Shown: one piece after another, positions 50,601-60,621 of the stretch
Numbering within the stretch: the stretch's first letter is position 1
Layout: every line of letters begins with the position of its first letter
From: Clostridia bacterium
Lineage (GTDB): Bacteria; Bacillota; Clostridia; Oscillospirales; CAG-272
Length of the DNA stretch: 61,541 nt
Reading direction: 5' to 3'
Assembly: GCA_017623975.1 (NCBI GenBank)
Contig: JAGANX010000018.1
Coordinates: 1-61,541, forward strand
The notes under the pieces: model-generated
What the model was told of the DNA's origin: nothing
Seen by the model: only the letters and a program-made list of their open reading frames with translations
Databases searched by the model: none
Made by a program: the position numbers and the translations under genes

Positions 50601-50775
50601 TTTCACTAAACTCAATGTCTGCCCCTAAAACAATATCAATAACATCTCCGCTTTGCGCGTTATTAATCGGTTCCGTAATTTGACTAATATTATATACTTC
50701 ACTTGCAAAAGCTGATAAAGCAAAGCAAGCAACTGTTATAACCAAAGCGAAAACAAAAATAAGCTGTTTTTTCAT
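47647..50775 (-). CDS. secreted multidomain protein with a calcineurin-like metallophosphoesterase domain
   Basis: ADLH, TGD, GNHD, FHIP and GHDH motifs between domains shared with 45479-47635. Confidence 0.82.
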   Translation of the reverse strand: MKKQLIFVFALVITVACFALSAFASEVYNISQITEPINNAQSGDVIDIVLGADIEFSETVTINKDITVNIDFNGKQLNYKGTAGANTHIGGFYVTNPGATLNLKGSNLLADPKSYTHYGQDVKADYIGTGNLISIEKGILNIENAYFYATNDTFVINSEPVNGADCVITVDSSVLRTREGAQTSAITVKGTNRTNDIGGLVKRDVILKNSVEYGGFFGTNYNFNLTAGSSFTNVKFYDFYIKNDCWYDPNHSGTMNSFEKALLISDCVFSTYGEEKGTVKVYTETGKQNIKLYNCDFASVENGGKFSGDKGGTAHIYIVEKMPSCLEGGLTYSYSNYDSSTGGKPMQDYKKDSWELNVLDHKYEKERVAYKNGYANAGRGVSKCSLCMLDYETDSVFDPVFENLGYSVNEAGNSMTLGVKLHKEVLDYYLENTQNTAFDFGIVVGGKALELTVENGRVNANGGYLVSFKNNSCQYFDLKIVGFKDNNKATEFMAEFYVYDGTELTYAKQAHKEIEMVTFNGIVDTIDEVKVKVNKLLESKHKLYYNDDGSFKVMILADLHISPSSDTTEVENRIKLLVDRENPNLIIFTGDNTWGASNEASLRKCLDKMVGYIEEKKIPWCHVYGNHDREAGVSNQMQQAIYESYEYCISKDEGGDDLWGVGNYVHGIYNKNGTLGSVIYFLDSGTSNSTYSYDYIHEDQIAWYKETSELLQEYNGGKAVKGIMAFHIPLLENQKAYENKDNKEIVYNYTGDRYEGICPSYYDTDLFETILERGDVKAIVTGHDHNNDYMYNYYGVKLCSAVTISKLGYSNSADHEGARIFDMDLKTINDVTTYTSYIVERVNPDKYGAYDKNVSFDSGSVQFESTGYDNNNLNGSFTAQIVDGKIELVRSTGGNSEMNICFSEEMYGKLGENKYLVLWVDFTNVDFRKACFGLLSSNGTVPYRTDDYDSNSPFYYLAQGESEWTQISHGNDGCFGTAQSSSMIGKCGYLALPVEYFHYGSRIVDENTLVTGIYFYCDVNNGAGKPFYFDKIQLVENYKDIK

Positions 50776-50927
50776 AAGCACTCCTTTTTAAAGATAGTTA
50801 TACATTGTAATTATACCATTACAATTTATAATAATCAAGTAAACGCGCGTTATAATGGCAAAGTTTGTAATTTTAACCAAAAACGGCACTTTTCCAAAAT
50901 GGAAAAGTGCCTTGTTTTTGTGTAGAA

Positions 50928-52145
50928 TTATCTAATTCCGTATTTTTCAATAATGTAGTCCATATCCTTGTCGCCTCTGCCCGATAAACAGATAAGAACG
51001 GAGCCCTTGCCCATTTTCTTTGCAAGCTTAATACCGTAAGCAACTGCGTGGGCGCTTTCGATAGCGGGGATAATACCCTCTAAGCGAGAAAGCTCAAAGA
51101 AAGCATCAATAGTTTCCTCATCATCCACCACATCATACTTTACTCTGCCAAGGGTGTGCAAAAATGCGTGCTCCGGACCTGAGGACGGATAGTCAAGACC
51201 TGATGCAACGGAGTAAACAGGAGCAGGGTCGCCGTTTTCATCCTTTAACATTATACTGTTAAAGCCGTGCATAACACCCTCCTCACCGTATTGAAGGGTT
51301 GCGGCATGGTCACCAAGCTTTGGACCTCTGCCAAGAGGCTCAACACCGTAGATGTCAACAGGCTCATTTAAGAAGCCTGCAAATATACCCATAGAGTTAG
51401 AGCCGCCGCCAACACAGGCAACTACCGCATCGGGAAGCTCCCCAGTCATTTCCTTAAATTGGTCCCTCGCCTCAAAGCCCACAACGCTTTGGAATTCCCT
51501 TACCATCATCGGGAATGGGTGAGGTCCTACCACAGAGCCTATGCAGTACATACTGTTTTCGTAGTCCTTTGCGTAAGCATCAAAGGCTGCGTCAACCGCT
51601 TCCTTTAATGTTGCAAGACCGTGGGTAACCTCAATAACGTTAGCACCGAGAATTTTCATCCTTGCCACATTTGGCGCTTGCTTTTTAATATCAACGCTAC
51701 CCATGTAAATATCACATTCAAGACCAAAGTACGCAGCGGCAGTAGCCATAGCAACACCGTGCTGACCTGCGCCTGTTTCTGCAATAACCTTTTTCTTACC
51801 CATATATTTTGCAAGCAAAACCTCACCCATACAGTGGTTAAGCTTGTGCGCGCCTGTATGGTTTAGGTCCTCACGCTTTACATAAAGCTGCACATTTCCA
51901 TACTTATTGGAAAGGCGTTCAAGGTGGGAAATGGGTGTTGGACGGCCTTGGAAATCCTTTCTGATTCTTCTAAGCTCCGCTATAAACTTAGCGCTTTTAC
52001 AAATTGTAAAATAAGCCTCGTTTATTTGGTCCATAGCCTTCTTTAATTCAGGGGAAACAAACGCCCCGCCGAATTTTCCGAAATATCCTTCCTCGTTTGG
52101 ATAGTTCTTTAAATAAGTGTCAAAATTTACTCCGTTAAATTCCAT
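50928..52145 (-). CDS. trpB: tryptophan synthase beta subunit
   Basis: [28 protein letters not shown] and LSGRGDKD; start MEFNG after GGGAG. Confidence 0.95.
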   Translation of the reverse strand: MEFNGVNFDTYLKNYPNEEGYFGKFGGAFVSPELKKAMDQINEAYFTICKSAKFIAELRRIRKDFQGRPTPISHLERLSNKYGNVQLYVKREDLNHTGAHKLNHCMGEVLLAKYMGKKKVIAETGAGQHGVAMATAAAYFGLECDIYMGSVDIKKQAPNVARMKILGANVIEVTHGLATLKEAVDAAFDAYAKDYENSMYCIGSVVGPHPFPMMVREFQSVVGFEARDQFKEMTGELPDAVVACVGGGSNSMGIFAGFLNEPVDIYGVEPLGRGPKLGDHAATLQYGEEGVMHGFNSIMLKDENGDPAPVYSVASGLDYPSSGPEHAFLHTLGRVKYDVVDDEETIDAFFELSRLEGIIPAIESAHAVAYGIKLAKKMGKGSVLICLSGRGDKDMDYIIEKYGIR

Positions 52146-52344
52146 AATATCTCCCTTCTCGTTTCGCAAAGCGAAACATATCGAATTTTTGTAACAAAAG
52201 GTATCAAGCTTGCCTAGGCAAGCATATGGGCAAAAATTAACCCTACCACCACTTCGTGGTCCCCCTCCCACTTGATAAGGGGAGGCGTTTTCGCATCAAA
52301 TTAAATTGCGCCTTTTAGCCTCCCTCATCAGATGGAGGCTAAAA

Positions 52345-52625
52345 ACAAAAAGCCTCAATAGAAACTTCTCTTGTTTCTATCAAGGACGAATAAATATCCG
52401 CGGTGCCACCTTGAATTTACGCAAAAATGCGTACTCTTTAAGGGTACTATCATACCCGTGGCTACTAACGCAAGCCCTCTCGTCACAGAATACTCAAAGA
52501 GCCAAGCCCCCCTTTGTTCTGCGCCCTCAGCGGTCCATTTGCCAATCAGTTCCTTGCCTATTTTCCACCACCATAGGCTCTCTGTAAAGTCTTAAAAGGC
52601 TTTATCTCCGCTTCAACGGTTTTAC
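52345..52625 (-). ncRNA. T-box riboswitch, Trp specifier
   Basis: AGAGA box and GGTGGAA in stem I; specifier TGG at 52537-52535; T-box AGGTGGCACCGCGG at 52411-52398; terminator hairpin with T run. Confidence 0.9.
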
Positions 52626-52658
52626 AAGCAAAGCGTTTTTCCGCTTTACTATGCTAAT

Positions 52659-52687
52659 ATAGTATCACTTTGTTTTCCTTTTGTCAA
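52659..52687 (-). promoter_or_regulatory. promoter of the T-box/trpB transcript
   Basis: TTGACA-17-TACTAT with extended TG. Confidence 0.75.
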
Positions 52688-52829
52688 TACAGTTTTGCAA
52701 AAAATGAGGGTTAATTTTTGTCAAAATTCCCATTTTCAATTAATTTCCCCTGTTCAAACGAGAAATCCCAAAAAAACAAGGGCAAACCTTCATGGTTTGC
52801 CCTTTGCTATTTTGGGTGAGTTTACGCTT

Positions 52830-55800
52830 TTATACCGTTTGAAGTTCTTTGTCCTCTGCCTTATCTTGTGCCAAATTTTCAATATTGCCAAGAGTGCCTA
52901 ATGTGTTTTCTTCCTTTGCATCAAGGTTTTTCTTGGCGGAGTTTAGCATAAGCTTAATTCTGTTAAGCTGATTTACCTCGGAAGCGCCCGGGTCATAGTC
53001 AACAGCCACAATATTTGACTCGGGGTAGTTTTTACGAAGTAGCTTAATTACGCCCTTACCAACAACGTGGTTCGGCAAGCAGGCAAATGGCTGAATACAA
53101 ACGATGTTTGGCGCATCGGTTTTAATAAGCTCCACCATCTCACCTGTTAAGAACCAGCCCTCTCCGTATTGGTTACCGATAGACAAGAACGGCTTTGCAA
53201 GGTCAGCCACCTCACTGATTTTAATAGGTGCATCAAAGCGTTTGCTTTCCAAAAGTGCTTTTTTGGCAGGCTTACGGATAAATTCAATTGCCTTAATACC
53301 AAGCAAGGACTTGAATTTAGAGCCCCATTTAATTCCCAAATACCTGTGCTTATAAACGGAGTTGTATAAGCAGTAGTTCAAAAAGTCGATTAGGTCAGGC
53401 ACTACCGCCTCTGCCCCTTCGCTTTCCAAAAGGTTAACCAAATGGTTATTTGCAAGTGGCATATACTTAACAAGAATTTCACCGACAACGCCAACACGGG
53501 GCTTCTTTACTCCTTCATCAAGAGGGAGATTGTCAAAATCCTCAACTATACCGCGACAAACCTTTTTGTACTTATATTTTGTTTCGTCATTTACAAGCAG
53601 GTCAATGGCAATGTCACGCCATTTTTTATGTAGCTCATTGGCTGAGCCTGCCTCCAATTCATAAGGACGGGTCCTATATAAGCAACGCATAATAAGGTCA
53701 CCAAGAATAACGCCCTTTAAGGCACGGATAACCATTTTTAATTTCAGCTTAAAGCCCTCGTTTTTCTCCATACCGCTGGCATTTAAGGAAATTACAGGGA
53801 TATGGGACATACCAACCTTGTCAAGTGCGCGCCTGATAAAGCCAACGTAGTTACTTGCACGGCAGCAGCCGCCTGTTTGTGTCATAATAATTGCTAACTT
53901 ATCCGTGTTATATTTACCTGACATAACAGCGTCCATAACCTGACCCACAACGGTAATTGACGGGAAGCAGGCATCGTTATTAACATAGCGAAGTCCCACA
54001 TCTATCGCCCCGCGGTTATCGTTTGACAAAACCTCTAAGTTATAGCCGTATTTTTCAAAAACAGGCTCTAAAATATCAAAGTGGATAGGTGACATTTGAG
54101 GTGCTAAAATGGTGTATTTGTCTTGGAACATCTGCTTTGTAAACTCTGTTCTTTCGTACTTGACAGGCTTAATGCTTGGCACAATACCCTTTTCACGCCT
54201 CATATTCATTGCGGAAATTAAGCTTCTTATCCTAATTCTAACCGCACCTAAATTATTTACCTCGTCTATTTTCAAAACGGTGTAAAGACGGTTTGAGCCC
54301 TCTAAAATTTCGCTAACCTGGTCGGTGGTTACCGCATCAAGTCCGCAGCCGAAGGAGTTAAGCTGTATAAGCTCCAAATTTTCCTGCTTGCGAACGAAGG
54401 TTGCCGCATTATAAAGACGGGAGTGGTAAACCCATTGGTCATTTACACGCAGGCTTTCAATTTCCTCATATACCTCAGGGAGTGAGTCCTCTGTAAACAC
54501 ATTAAAGCCATAGGATGCAATAAGCTCGGGGATGCCGTGGTTAATTTCCGGGTCGATATGGTAAGGTCTGCCCGCCAAAACTATTCCGCGCTTTTGGGGG
54601 TCGGCTGCCATTTTATCAAGGATTTCCTTACCCTTTTTCCTAATGTCGTCCTTCGCCCTTGTTTGCTCAGCCCAAGCCTTGGAAACTGCATTTTTAATTT
54701 CGTCAGCCCCTATATCGTACCCCTTTTCACGGGTGAAGAAGCTGAGAAGCCTTTGGTACGCAGTTTTTTCATCGGTGAAGGCAATAAAGGGTCTTAGATA
54801 TTTAACCTGTCCCTCAACGATTTCCTCAACGTTATTCTTTAAGTTTTCAGAATATGAAACTACTATTGGGCAGTTAAAGTGGTTTTGCGCGCTTTCCTTC
54901 TCTTGCTTTTCGTAGAATACGCAAGGGTAGAAAATAGTTTTAACGCCCTCGTTTATAAGCCACTTAATGTGACCGTGGGAAAGCTTTGCAGGATAGCATT
55001 CACTCTCTGAGGGGATTGTATCCATACCAAGCTCGTAAAGCTTTCTTGTAGATTTAGGAGACAAGATAACCCTAAAACCAAGCTCCTTAAAGAAGGTTGC
55101 CCAGAAGGGATAATTCTCGTACATATTAAGGACTCTTGGCAAGCCTATTTCACCTCTTGGTGCGTTTTGCACGCTTAAAGGCTCATAGTCAAAGAGCCTT
55201 TGCATCTTGTACTCAACAAGGTTTTCGCCCTTTTGCGCCCCCTTTTCGTTTCCTAAGCCCTTTTCACACCTGTTGCCTGTAATATGCTTTCTTCCGCCGG
55301 GGAAGGTGTTTACCGTAAGCAAGCATTTATTATTACAGCCCTGGCATCTTATTGTTTTTGTGTCATATGTAAGCTTTAAAATTTCCTCAATTGGCAAGGT
55401 AGAGGTCAATTGTCCCTTATGTCTATCCCTTGCAATCAAGGCAGCACCGAATGCGCCCATAATTCCCGAAATATCAGGGCAGGTAGCAAGCACGCCCGAG
55501 ACCCTTTCAAATGCGCGCAAAACTGCCCTATTATAAAATGTACCGCCCTGCACAACAACGTGTGCACCCAAATCAGCTGCGGAGTTTAATTTAATAACCT
55601 TAAACAGTGCGTTTTTAATAACGGAGTATGCAAGGCCTGCGGAAATATCGCTAACCGTTGCCCCCTCTTTTTGCGCTTGTTTAACATTGGAGTTCATAAA
55701 CACGGTACAGCGTGTGCCTAAATCAATAGGGTTCTTTGCAAAAAGCGCTTCCTTTGCAAATTCAGCGGCGGTAAAGCCTAAGGAGTTTGCAAAGTTTTCT

Positions 55801-57155
55801 ATAAACGAGCCACAGCCCGAGGAACAAGCCTCGTTTAAAAGAATATTGTCAACACTGCCGTTTTTAATTTTAACGCATTTCATATCCTGACCGCCAATGT
55901 CAAGAACACAGTCAACCTGTGGGTCGAAGAAGGAGGCGGCTGTACAGTGGGCAATAGTTTCAACCTCGCCCACGTCCAAATTAAATGCGGATTTCAACAA
56001 GTTCTCACCGTAGCCTGTGGAGCAGGAATACGCTATTCTTGCGCTTGACGGCAGGTGCTTTGACACCTCCTCCATTGCGCGCATAGCGGTTTTGATAGGT
56101 GAGCCTTGGTTGTTTGCGTAGAATGAATATAAAAGCTCTCCGTCCCTGCCTATCAATGCAAGCTTTGTAGTGGTGGAGCCTGCGTCTATGCCAAGATAGC
56201 AATCCCCTTGGTATGTGGCAATATCCCCCTTTTTAACGCAAGCCTTTTGGTGACGCCTTTCAAATTCATCAAGCTCCTCTTGATTTTCAAAAAGGGAATC
56301 AAGCCTTTTAAGCTCAAATTTCATTTCAATTCCGCTGTTTAGCTTATCTATCAGGGCGGAAATTTCAACCCCCTTTGCATCATCCGCTTCAAGAGCTGCG
56401 CCCATTGCGGCAAAAAGGTGGGAATTTTCAGGGTCAACCGTTGTTTCGGGTGTTAATTTCAGTGTCCTTATAAATGCCTTTTTAAGCTCAGGCAAAAAGT
56501 GTAAGGGTCCACCCAAAAAGGCAACGCAACCACGGATAGGCTTACCGCAGGCAAGACCTGATACCGTTTGATTTACAACGGATTGGAAAATAGATGCAGC
56601 CAAGTCCGCCTTTGTTGCGCCCTCGTTAATCAAGGGCTGAATGTCTGTTTTTGCAAATACACCGCAACGGGCTGCAATAGGATAAATTTGCTTATAATTT
56701 ACCGCTTCCTCATTTAGCCCTGTGGCATCGGTTTGCAAAATTGCTGCCATTTGGTCGATAAATGAACCTGTACCGCCGGCGCAAATACCGTTCATCCTTT
56801 CTTCCACATTATTTCCGTCAAAATATATTATCTTGGCATCCTCACCGCCAAGCTCGATTGCAACGTCAGTTTGGGGCGCTACAAATTTCAGCGCAGTAGC
56901 CACAGCCGCAACCTCCTGCACAAAGCCGATTTCAAGGGCTTTGCCAAGGTTGATTGAGCCAGAGCCTGTAATTTTCAATTTTAAATTGCACTCACCAAGC
57001 GCCTCCTTACCCTCACGCAAAAGCTGACAAAGGGTTTCTTGTGTGTGGGCGCAGTGACGCCTGTATTCTCCAAAAAGAATTTTTTTATTTTCGTCAAGTA
57101 TAACAAGCTTTACTGTGGTTGAGCCAACGTCTATTCCTGCAAAATATGTAACCAT
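52830..57155 (-). CDS. 2-hydroxyacyl-CoA dehydratase activase-related fusion (two BadF/BcrAD ASKHA ATPase domains plus DUF2229-like region)
   Basis: GIDVGSTT..CAGGTGSF, GIDAGSTT..CSSGCGSF, SECYPAK and QPFACLPNH. Confidence 0.88.
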   Translation of the reverse strand: MVTYFAGIDVGSTTVKLVILDENKKILFGEYRRHCAHTQETLCQLLREGKEALGECNLKLKITGSGSINLGKALEIGFVQEVAAVATALKFVAPQTDVAIELGGEDAKIIYFDGNNVEERMNGICAGGTGSFIDQMAAILQTDATGLNEEAVNYKQIYPIAARCGVFAKTDIQPLINEGATKADLAASIFQSVVNQTVSGLACGKPIRGCVAFLGGPLHFLPELKKAFIRTLKLTPETTVDPENSHLFAAMGAALEADDAKGVEISALIDKLNSGIEMKFELKRLDSLFENQEELDEFERRHQKACVKKGDIATYQGDCYLGIDAGSTTTKLALIGRDGELLYSFYANNQGSPIKTAMRAMEEVSKHLPSSARIAYSCSTGYGENLLKSAFNLDVGEVETIAHCTAASFFDPQVDCVLDIGGQDMKCVKIKNGSVDNILLNEACSSGCGSFIENFANSLGFTAAEFAKEALFAKNPIDLGTRCTVFMNSNVKQAQKEGATVSDISAGLAYSVIKNALFKVIKLNSAADLGAHVVVQGGTFYNRAVLRAFERVSGVLATCPDISGIMGAFGAALIARDRHKGQLTSTLPIEEILKLTYDTKTIRCQGCNNKCLLTVNTFPGGRKHITGNRCEKGLGNEKGAQKGENLVEYKMQRLFDYEPLSVQNAPRGEIGLPRVLNMYENYPFWATFFKELGFRVILSPKSTRKLYELGMDTIPSESECYPAKLSHGHIKWLINEGVKTIFYPCVFYEKQEKESAQNHFNCPIVVSYSENLKNNVEEIVEGQVKYLRPFIAFTDEKTAYQRLLSFFTREKGYDIGADEIKNAVSKAWAEQTRAKDDIRKKGKEILDKMAADPQKRGIVLAGRPYHIDPEINHGIPELIASYGFNVFTEDSLPEVYEEIESLRVNDQWVYHSRLYNAATFVRKQENLELIQLNSFGCGLDAVTTDQVSEILEGSNRLYTVLKIDEVNNLGAVRIRIRSLISAMNMRREKGIVPSIKPVKYERTEFTKQMFQDKYTILAPQMSPIHFDILEPVFEKYGYNLEVLSNDNRGAIDVGLRYVNNDACFPSITVVGQVMDAVMSGKYNTDKLAIIMTQTGGCCRASNYVGFIRRALDKVGMSHIPVISLNASGMEKNEGFKLKLKMVIRALKGVILGDLIMRCLYRTRPYELEAGSANELHKKWRDIAIDLLVNDETKYKYKKVCRGIVEDFDNLPLDEGVKKPRVGVVGEILVKYMPLANNHLVNLLESEGAEAVVPDLIDFLNYCLYNSVYKHRYLGIKWGSKFKSLLGIKAIEFIRKPAKKALLESKRFDAPIKISEVADLAKPFLSIGNQYGEGWFLTGEMVELIKTDAPNIVCIQPFACLPNHVVGKGVIKLLRKNYPESNIVAVDYDPGASEVNQLNRIKLMLNSAKKNLDAKEENTLGTLGNIENLAQDKAEDKELQTV

Positions 57156-57371
57156 TTTACTCCTCCTATATTAAGTCGGCTTTACATCCTTTAAATGTTA
57201 TTTTAAATTTATTTCGTATGTATAAATATATGACCATATTACTCCATTGTATCATTTATTATATAATATAATTGTTACAGAAATGTGAACTTAGGCAAAA
57301 AGCTGTTAACAATGTTGAAAAAAGGCGATTTTGGATGAGCTGAATTAAGCCTCCAAATTCGCCTTTCTTAA

Positions 57372-59546
57372 TTACCGGAATGTAGTAAAAAGCCTGTCGT
57401 CCTCCCACATGCCGCGAATCACCTTTCCGCCTGAAAACGTTTGTGTACCGCGTCCGTGGCGTTTTCCGTCTTTAAAATTACCCTCGTAAACATAACAGTC
57501 TATGTTTTTATATTCATCCAAATATGAATTTACATTGACGTACTTTCCGTAACCGTCAAACTTATTATTTTTCCATTCTCCCTCGTAGGTGTTTCCGCCA
57601 CGATAGGTCATTTTGCCATACTTGTATTCATCATTTTCAAATTCACCCACAAAAACCGCTTTTTTCCTTGTCATATGCGTTCCTTGTCCGTGACGTTTGC
57701 CGTTTTGCCATTCACCCTCATAGGTTTCGCCGTTTGAATAGGTTATTTTACCCTTGCCGTGTCTTTGACCGTTTTGGAAGTCACCCTCGTAAACGTCCTC
57801 ATTCATATACTTCATTCTGCCAAAGCCATTGGGCAAGCCGTCCACAATCTCACCCTGATAGCAGCCGTTTTCCAGCATATAAATTTCGCCTTGGCTTTCA
57901 TCAAAAATCTTCTTGTAAAACCTATCGTTTATAAACAGTCCTTCTAAAATTTCACCGTTTGCAAAGGTTTTCTTGCCTTTTCCGTTAGGCTTTCCGCGAT
58001 CAATCTCGCCTTCGTAGGTGTAACTGTTTGGGTATGTAAACCTTCCGTAGCCTGTGCAGCCTCGGTATTTCCATTCGCCCTCGTAATAGTCACCGTTTGC
58101 GCAATCAAGCCTGCCTTTTTTCATTGTTCCTTCTTCAACGTAGCCCTTGAAAACACTACCGCTTGTATATAAAATCTCCCCGTTTCCTGTAACTCTATCC
58201 CTTACAGTATTCTCGTTTTGATAAGGTACTCTGCTTTTGCCTGTGAGAAAGCCCAGCTCAAACGTCCCTTTATAAACGTCACCGTTTGCATACGTTATCT
58301 TGCCCTCGCCGGTGATAAAGCCATTTTCAAACATTCCTTCATAAACGTCACCGTTTGCACATGTTACCTTACCCTTGCCGTTAAGTAAGCCGTTTTCTAA
58401 GGCTCCCTCATAAACGTCACCGTTTACTTTTGTCTTTTTGCCCTTTATAATGCTTTTGCCGTTAAACTCGACTTCGTAAGTCTCGCCATTTTCCAAGGTC
58501 AATTTGCCATAACCCAAGGGGCACGCGTTTGCCACCTCTCCTTCGTAAACGTCACCGTTTCCATAGGTAATTTTGGAATATCCCAAAAACTCACCTTTTT
58601 TATAGTCACCCTCCAAAGCGGTGATGCTGTCAAAAGCCCATATTACCCGTCCGTTTTCAAAATCGCCTATGTACAGCTTTTTATCCTTCAAGTAACTCAT
58701 TTTACAAGACATCAAGGAATCGATTTCTTCATTTAAGTAAAACTCACCTTGGGCAAACGCCACAGTGTCAGCTTGGGAGAACATATCCCCGGCTACAATT
58801 CCCATTACGAATTTATCCTCGTCATTTTGGGTCTTTCTTTTGCTTTTCCAGCAACCCACACCGAATATTTTGTCATTGAAAAAGCTTCCCACATATTCTC
58901 TACCGCGGTAGGAGACATATTTACCTATTCCGTGGAATTTACCGTTTACAAAGTCACCCTCATAAACGTCTCCGTTGTCAAACCTCATCCTGCCTTTGCC
59001 GTGTGGAATGTTGTTTTCCGTTTCGCCCTCGTACTCACTAATCGTGTAAGAATTAATGCATGCCTCATTGTAGGCGAAATCAAAGTGGACCCACTCTCCG
59101 CTTAAAGCTTTTCCATCTTTAATACGGATGCTGCCGCTTTTTAAAAAATCATTTGAAAACTCACCCTCATAAATTTCTCCAAACTCACGAATAAGCTTAC
59201 CGTAGCCTTGGCGGGCGCCGTTTACAAAACCGCCCTCGTAAATATCACCGTTTTTCAAGGCATATTTACCCTTACCGGTTCTCTTTCCATTTACAAAGTC
59301 GCCCTCGTAAACGTCACCGTTTTTCCAAGTATATTTACCCTTACCGGTTCGTTTTCCGTTTGTAACCTCACCGTAATACGTGTCACCGTTTGTATATTTA
59401 AAGGTGCCCATGCCGCTAATGCCGCCGTTTATAAAGTCACCCTCATAAACCGCACCGCTTGAATGGGTAAATTTACCCTTTCCGTTTGGAACACCGTTTA
59501 CCGTTTCACCCTCGTAAATTCCACCGTGATATTCAAATTTTTCCAT
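57372..59546 (-). CDS. MORN repeat protein
   Basis: Numerous YEGxFxNGxxxGxGKxTxxNGD 23-aa repeats. Confidence 0.9.
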   Translation of the reverse strand: MEKFEYHGGIYEGETVNGVPNGKGKFTHSSGAVYEGDFINGGISGMGTFKYTNGDTYYGEVTNGKRTGKGKYTWKNGDVYEGDFVNGKRTGKGKYALKNGDIYEGGFVNGARQGYGKLIREFGEIYEGEFSNDFLKSGSIRIKDGKALSGEWVHFDFAYNEACINSYTISEYEGETENNIPHGKGRMRFDNGDVYEGDFVNGKFHGIGKYVSYRGREYVGSFFNDKIFGVGCWKSKRKTQNDEDKFVMGIVAGDMFSQADTVAFAQGEFYLNEEIDSLMSCKMSYLKDKKLYIGDFENGRVIWAFDSITALEGDYKKGEFLGYSKITYGNGDVYEGEVANACPLGYGKLTLENGETYEVEFNGKSIIKGKKTKVNGDVYEGALENGLLNGKGKVTCANGDVYEGMFENGFITGEGKITYANGDVYKGTFELGFLTGKSRVPYQNENTVRDRVTGNGEILYTSGSVFKGYVEEGTMKKGRLDCANGDYYEGEWKYRGCTGYGRFTYPNSYTYEGEIDRGKPNGKGKKTFANGEILEGLFINDRFYKKIFDESQGEIYMLENGCYQGEIVDGLPNGFGRMKYMNEDVYEGDFQNGQRHGKGKITYSNGETYEGEWQNGKRHGQGTHMTRKKAVFVGEFENDEYKYGKMTYRGGNTYEGEWKNNKFDGYGKYVNVNSYLDEYKNIDCYVYEGNFKDGKRHGRGTQTFSGGKVIRGMWEDDRLFTTFR

Positions 59547-59579
59547 AACTTCCCTCCTTTATTTTGGGGTTGGCAGTGG

Positions 59580-60497
59580 CTAATCATCCCACACACCGTT
59601 TGAAAGGTATCTTGTACCTGTGTCGGGGAATAAAACAACTATATTTTTTCCCTTTTCTTTTTTTGCAATTTCCATAGCGGCGCACAATGCACAGCCTGAG
59701 GAAATGCCTGCAAGCACCCCTTCTTTTTTACTGATTTTTGCAGTATATTCGTAAGCATCCTCATCGCTTACAGTTATAATTTCGTCATATATCTCTCTGT
59801 TCAAGGTGGCAGGGATAAAGTTTGCGCCTATGCCTTGAATTTTGTGGGCTCCCGCCACTCCGCCGCTTAAAAGTGGGCTTTTTTGCGGTTCAACCGCCAC
59901 TATTTTAATATTTCTGTTTTTTTCTTTTAGGTATTTCCCCACTCCGCTAATAGTACCGCCTGTACCTACCGCGCACACAAAATAGTCAATTTGTCCGTCC
60001 ATATCCTCATAAATTTCAGGACCTGTGGTTAGGTAGTGGCTGTTTGGGTTCGCCATATTTTCAAATTGCCCTGCTATTAGGGAATTTGGCGTTTCCTTGG
60101 CAATTTTCTGTGCCAGCTCCCCTGCGCCCTTCATACCTAAGCTACCGTCACTTAAAACCACCTTCGCCCCATAGGCTTCCATTATTTGTATTCTTTCCCT
60201 TGACATTGTGTCGGGCATAACTATAATTACATTGTAGCCGCGGCTAACACCGCAAGAGGCAAGTCCTATGCCGGTATTTCCTGAGGTGGACTCTATTATA
60301 GTGCCCCCCGGCTTAATCTTCCCTGCCCTTTCCCACTCATCTAAAATATTTTTTGCTACTCTGTCCTTTGACGAGCCTGCGGGATTTAGCATTTCAAGCT
60401 TTGCAAAAATTTTGCAGTCAGTTTCTTTTTCTATATTAACAAGCTCCAATATTGGTGTTTTTCCAATAATTTGGCTCACAGAATTATAAATTTTCAT
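59580..60497 (-). CDS. cysK: cysteine synthase
   Basis: KLEMLNPAGSSKDR, TSGNTGIG, GTGGT, HKIQGIG and PDTGTRYLS. Confidence 0.9.
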   Translation of the reverse strand: MKIYNSVSQIIGKTPILELVNIEKETDCKIFAKLEMLNPAGSSKDRVAKNILDEWERAGKIKPGGTIIESTSGNTGIGLASCGVSRGYNVIIVMPDTMSRERIQIMEAYGAKVVLSDGSLGMKGAGELAQKIAKETPNSLIAGQFENMANPNSHYLTTGPEIYEDMDGQIDYFVCAVGTGGTISGVGKYLKEKNRNIKIVAVEPQKSPLLSGGVAGAHKIQGIGANFIPATLNREIYDEIITVSDEDAYEYTAKISKKEGVLAGISSGCALCAAMEIAKKEKGKNIVVLFPDTGTRYLSNGVWDD

Positions 60498-60621
60498 TTT
60501 TAACCTCGCAAAATGACTTTTTTTTATTCTACCACACTTAATAAACAAAATGTGAAAAAACTCTTTATTTTTTAATATAAATATGATAAAATATCAAAAA
60601 CGAAGAAAAGGAGCGGAACAA

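Noticed and set aside
52146-52271. N-terminal extension of TrpB in the ORF track
   Set aside because: It runs through palindromic leader DNA; the RBS supports the start at 52145
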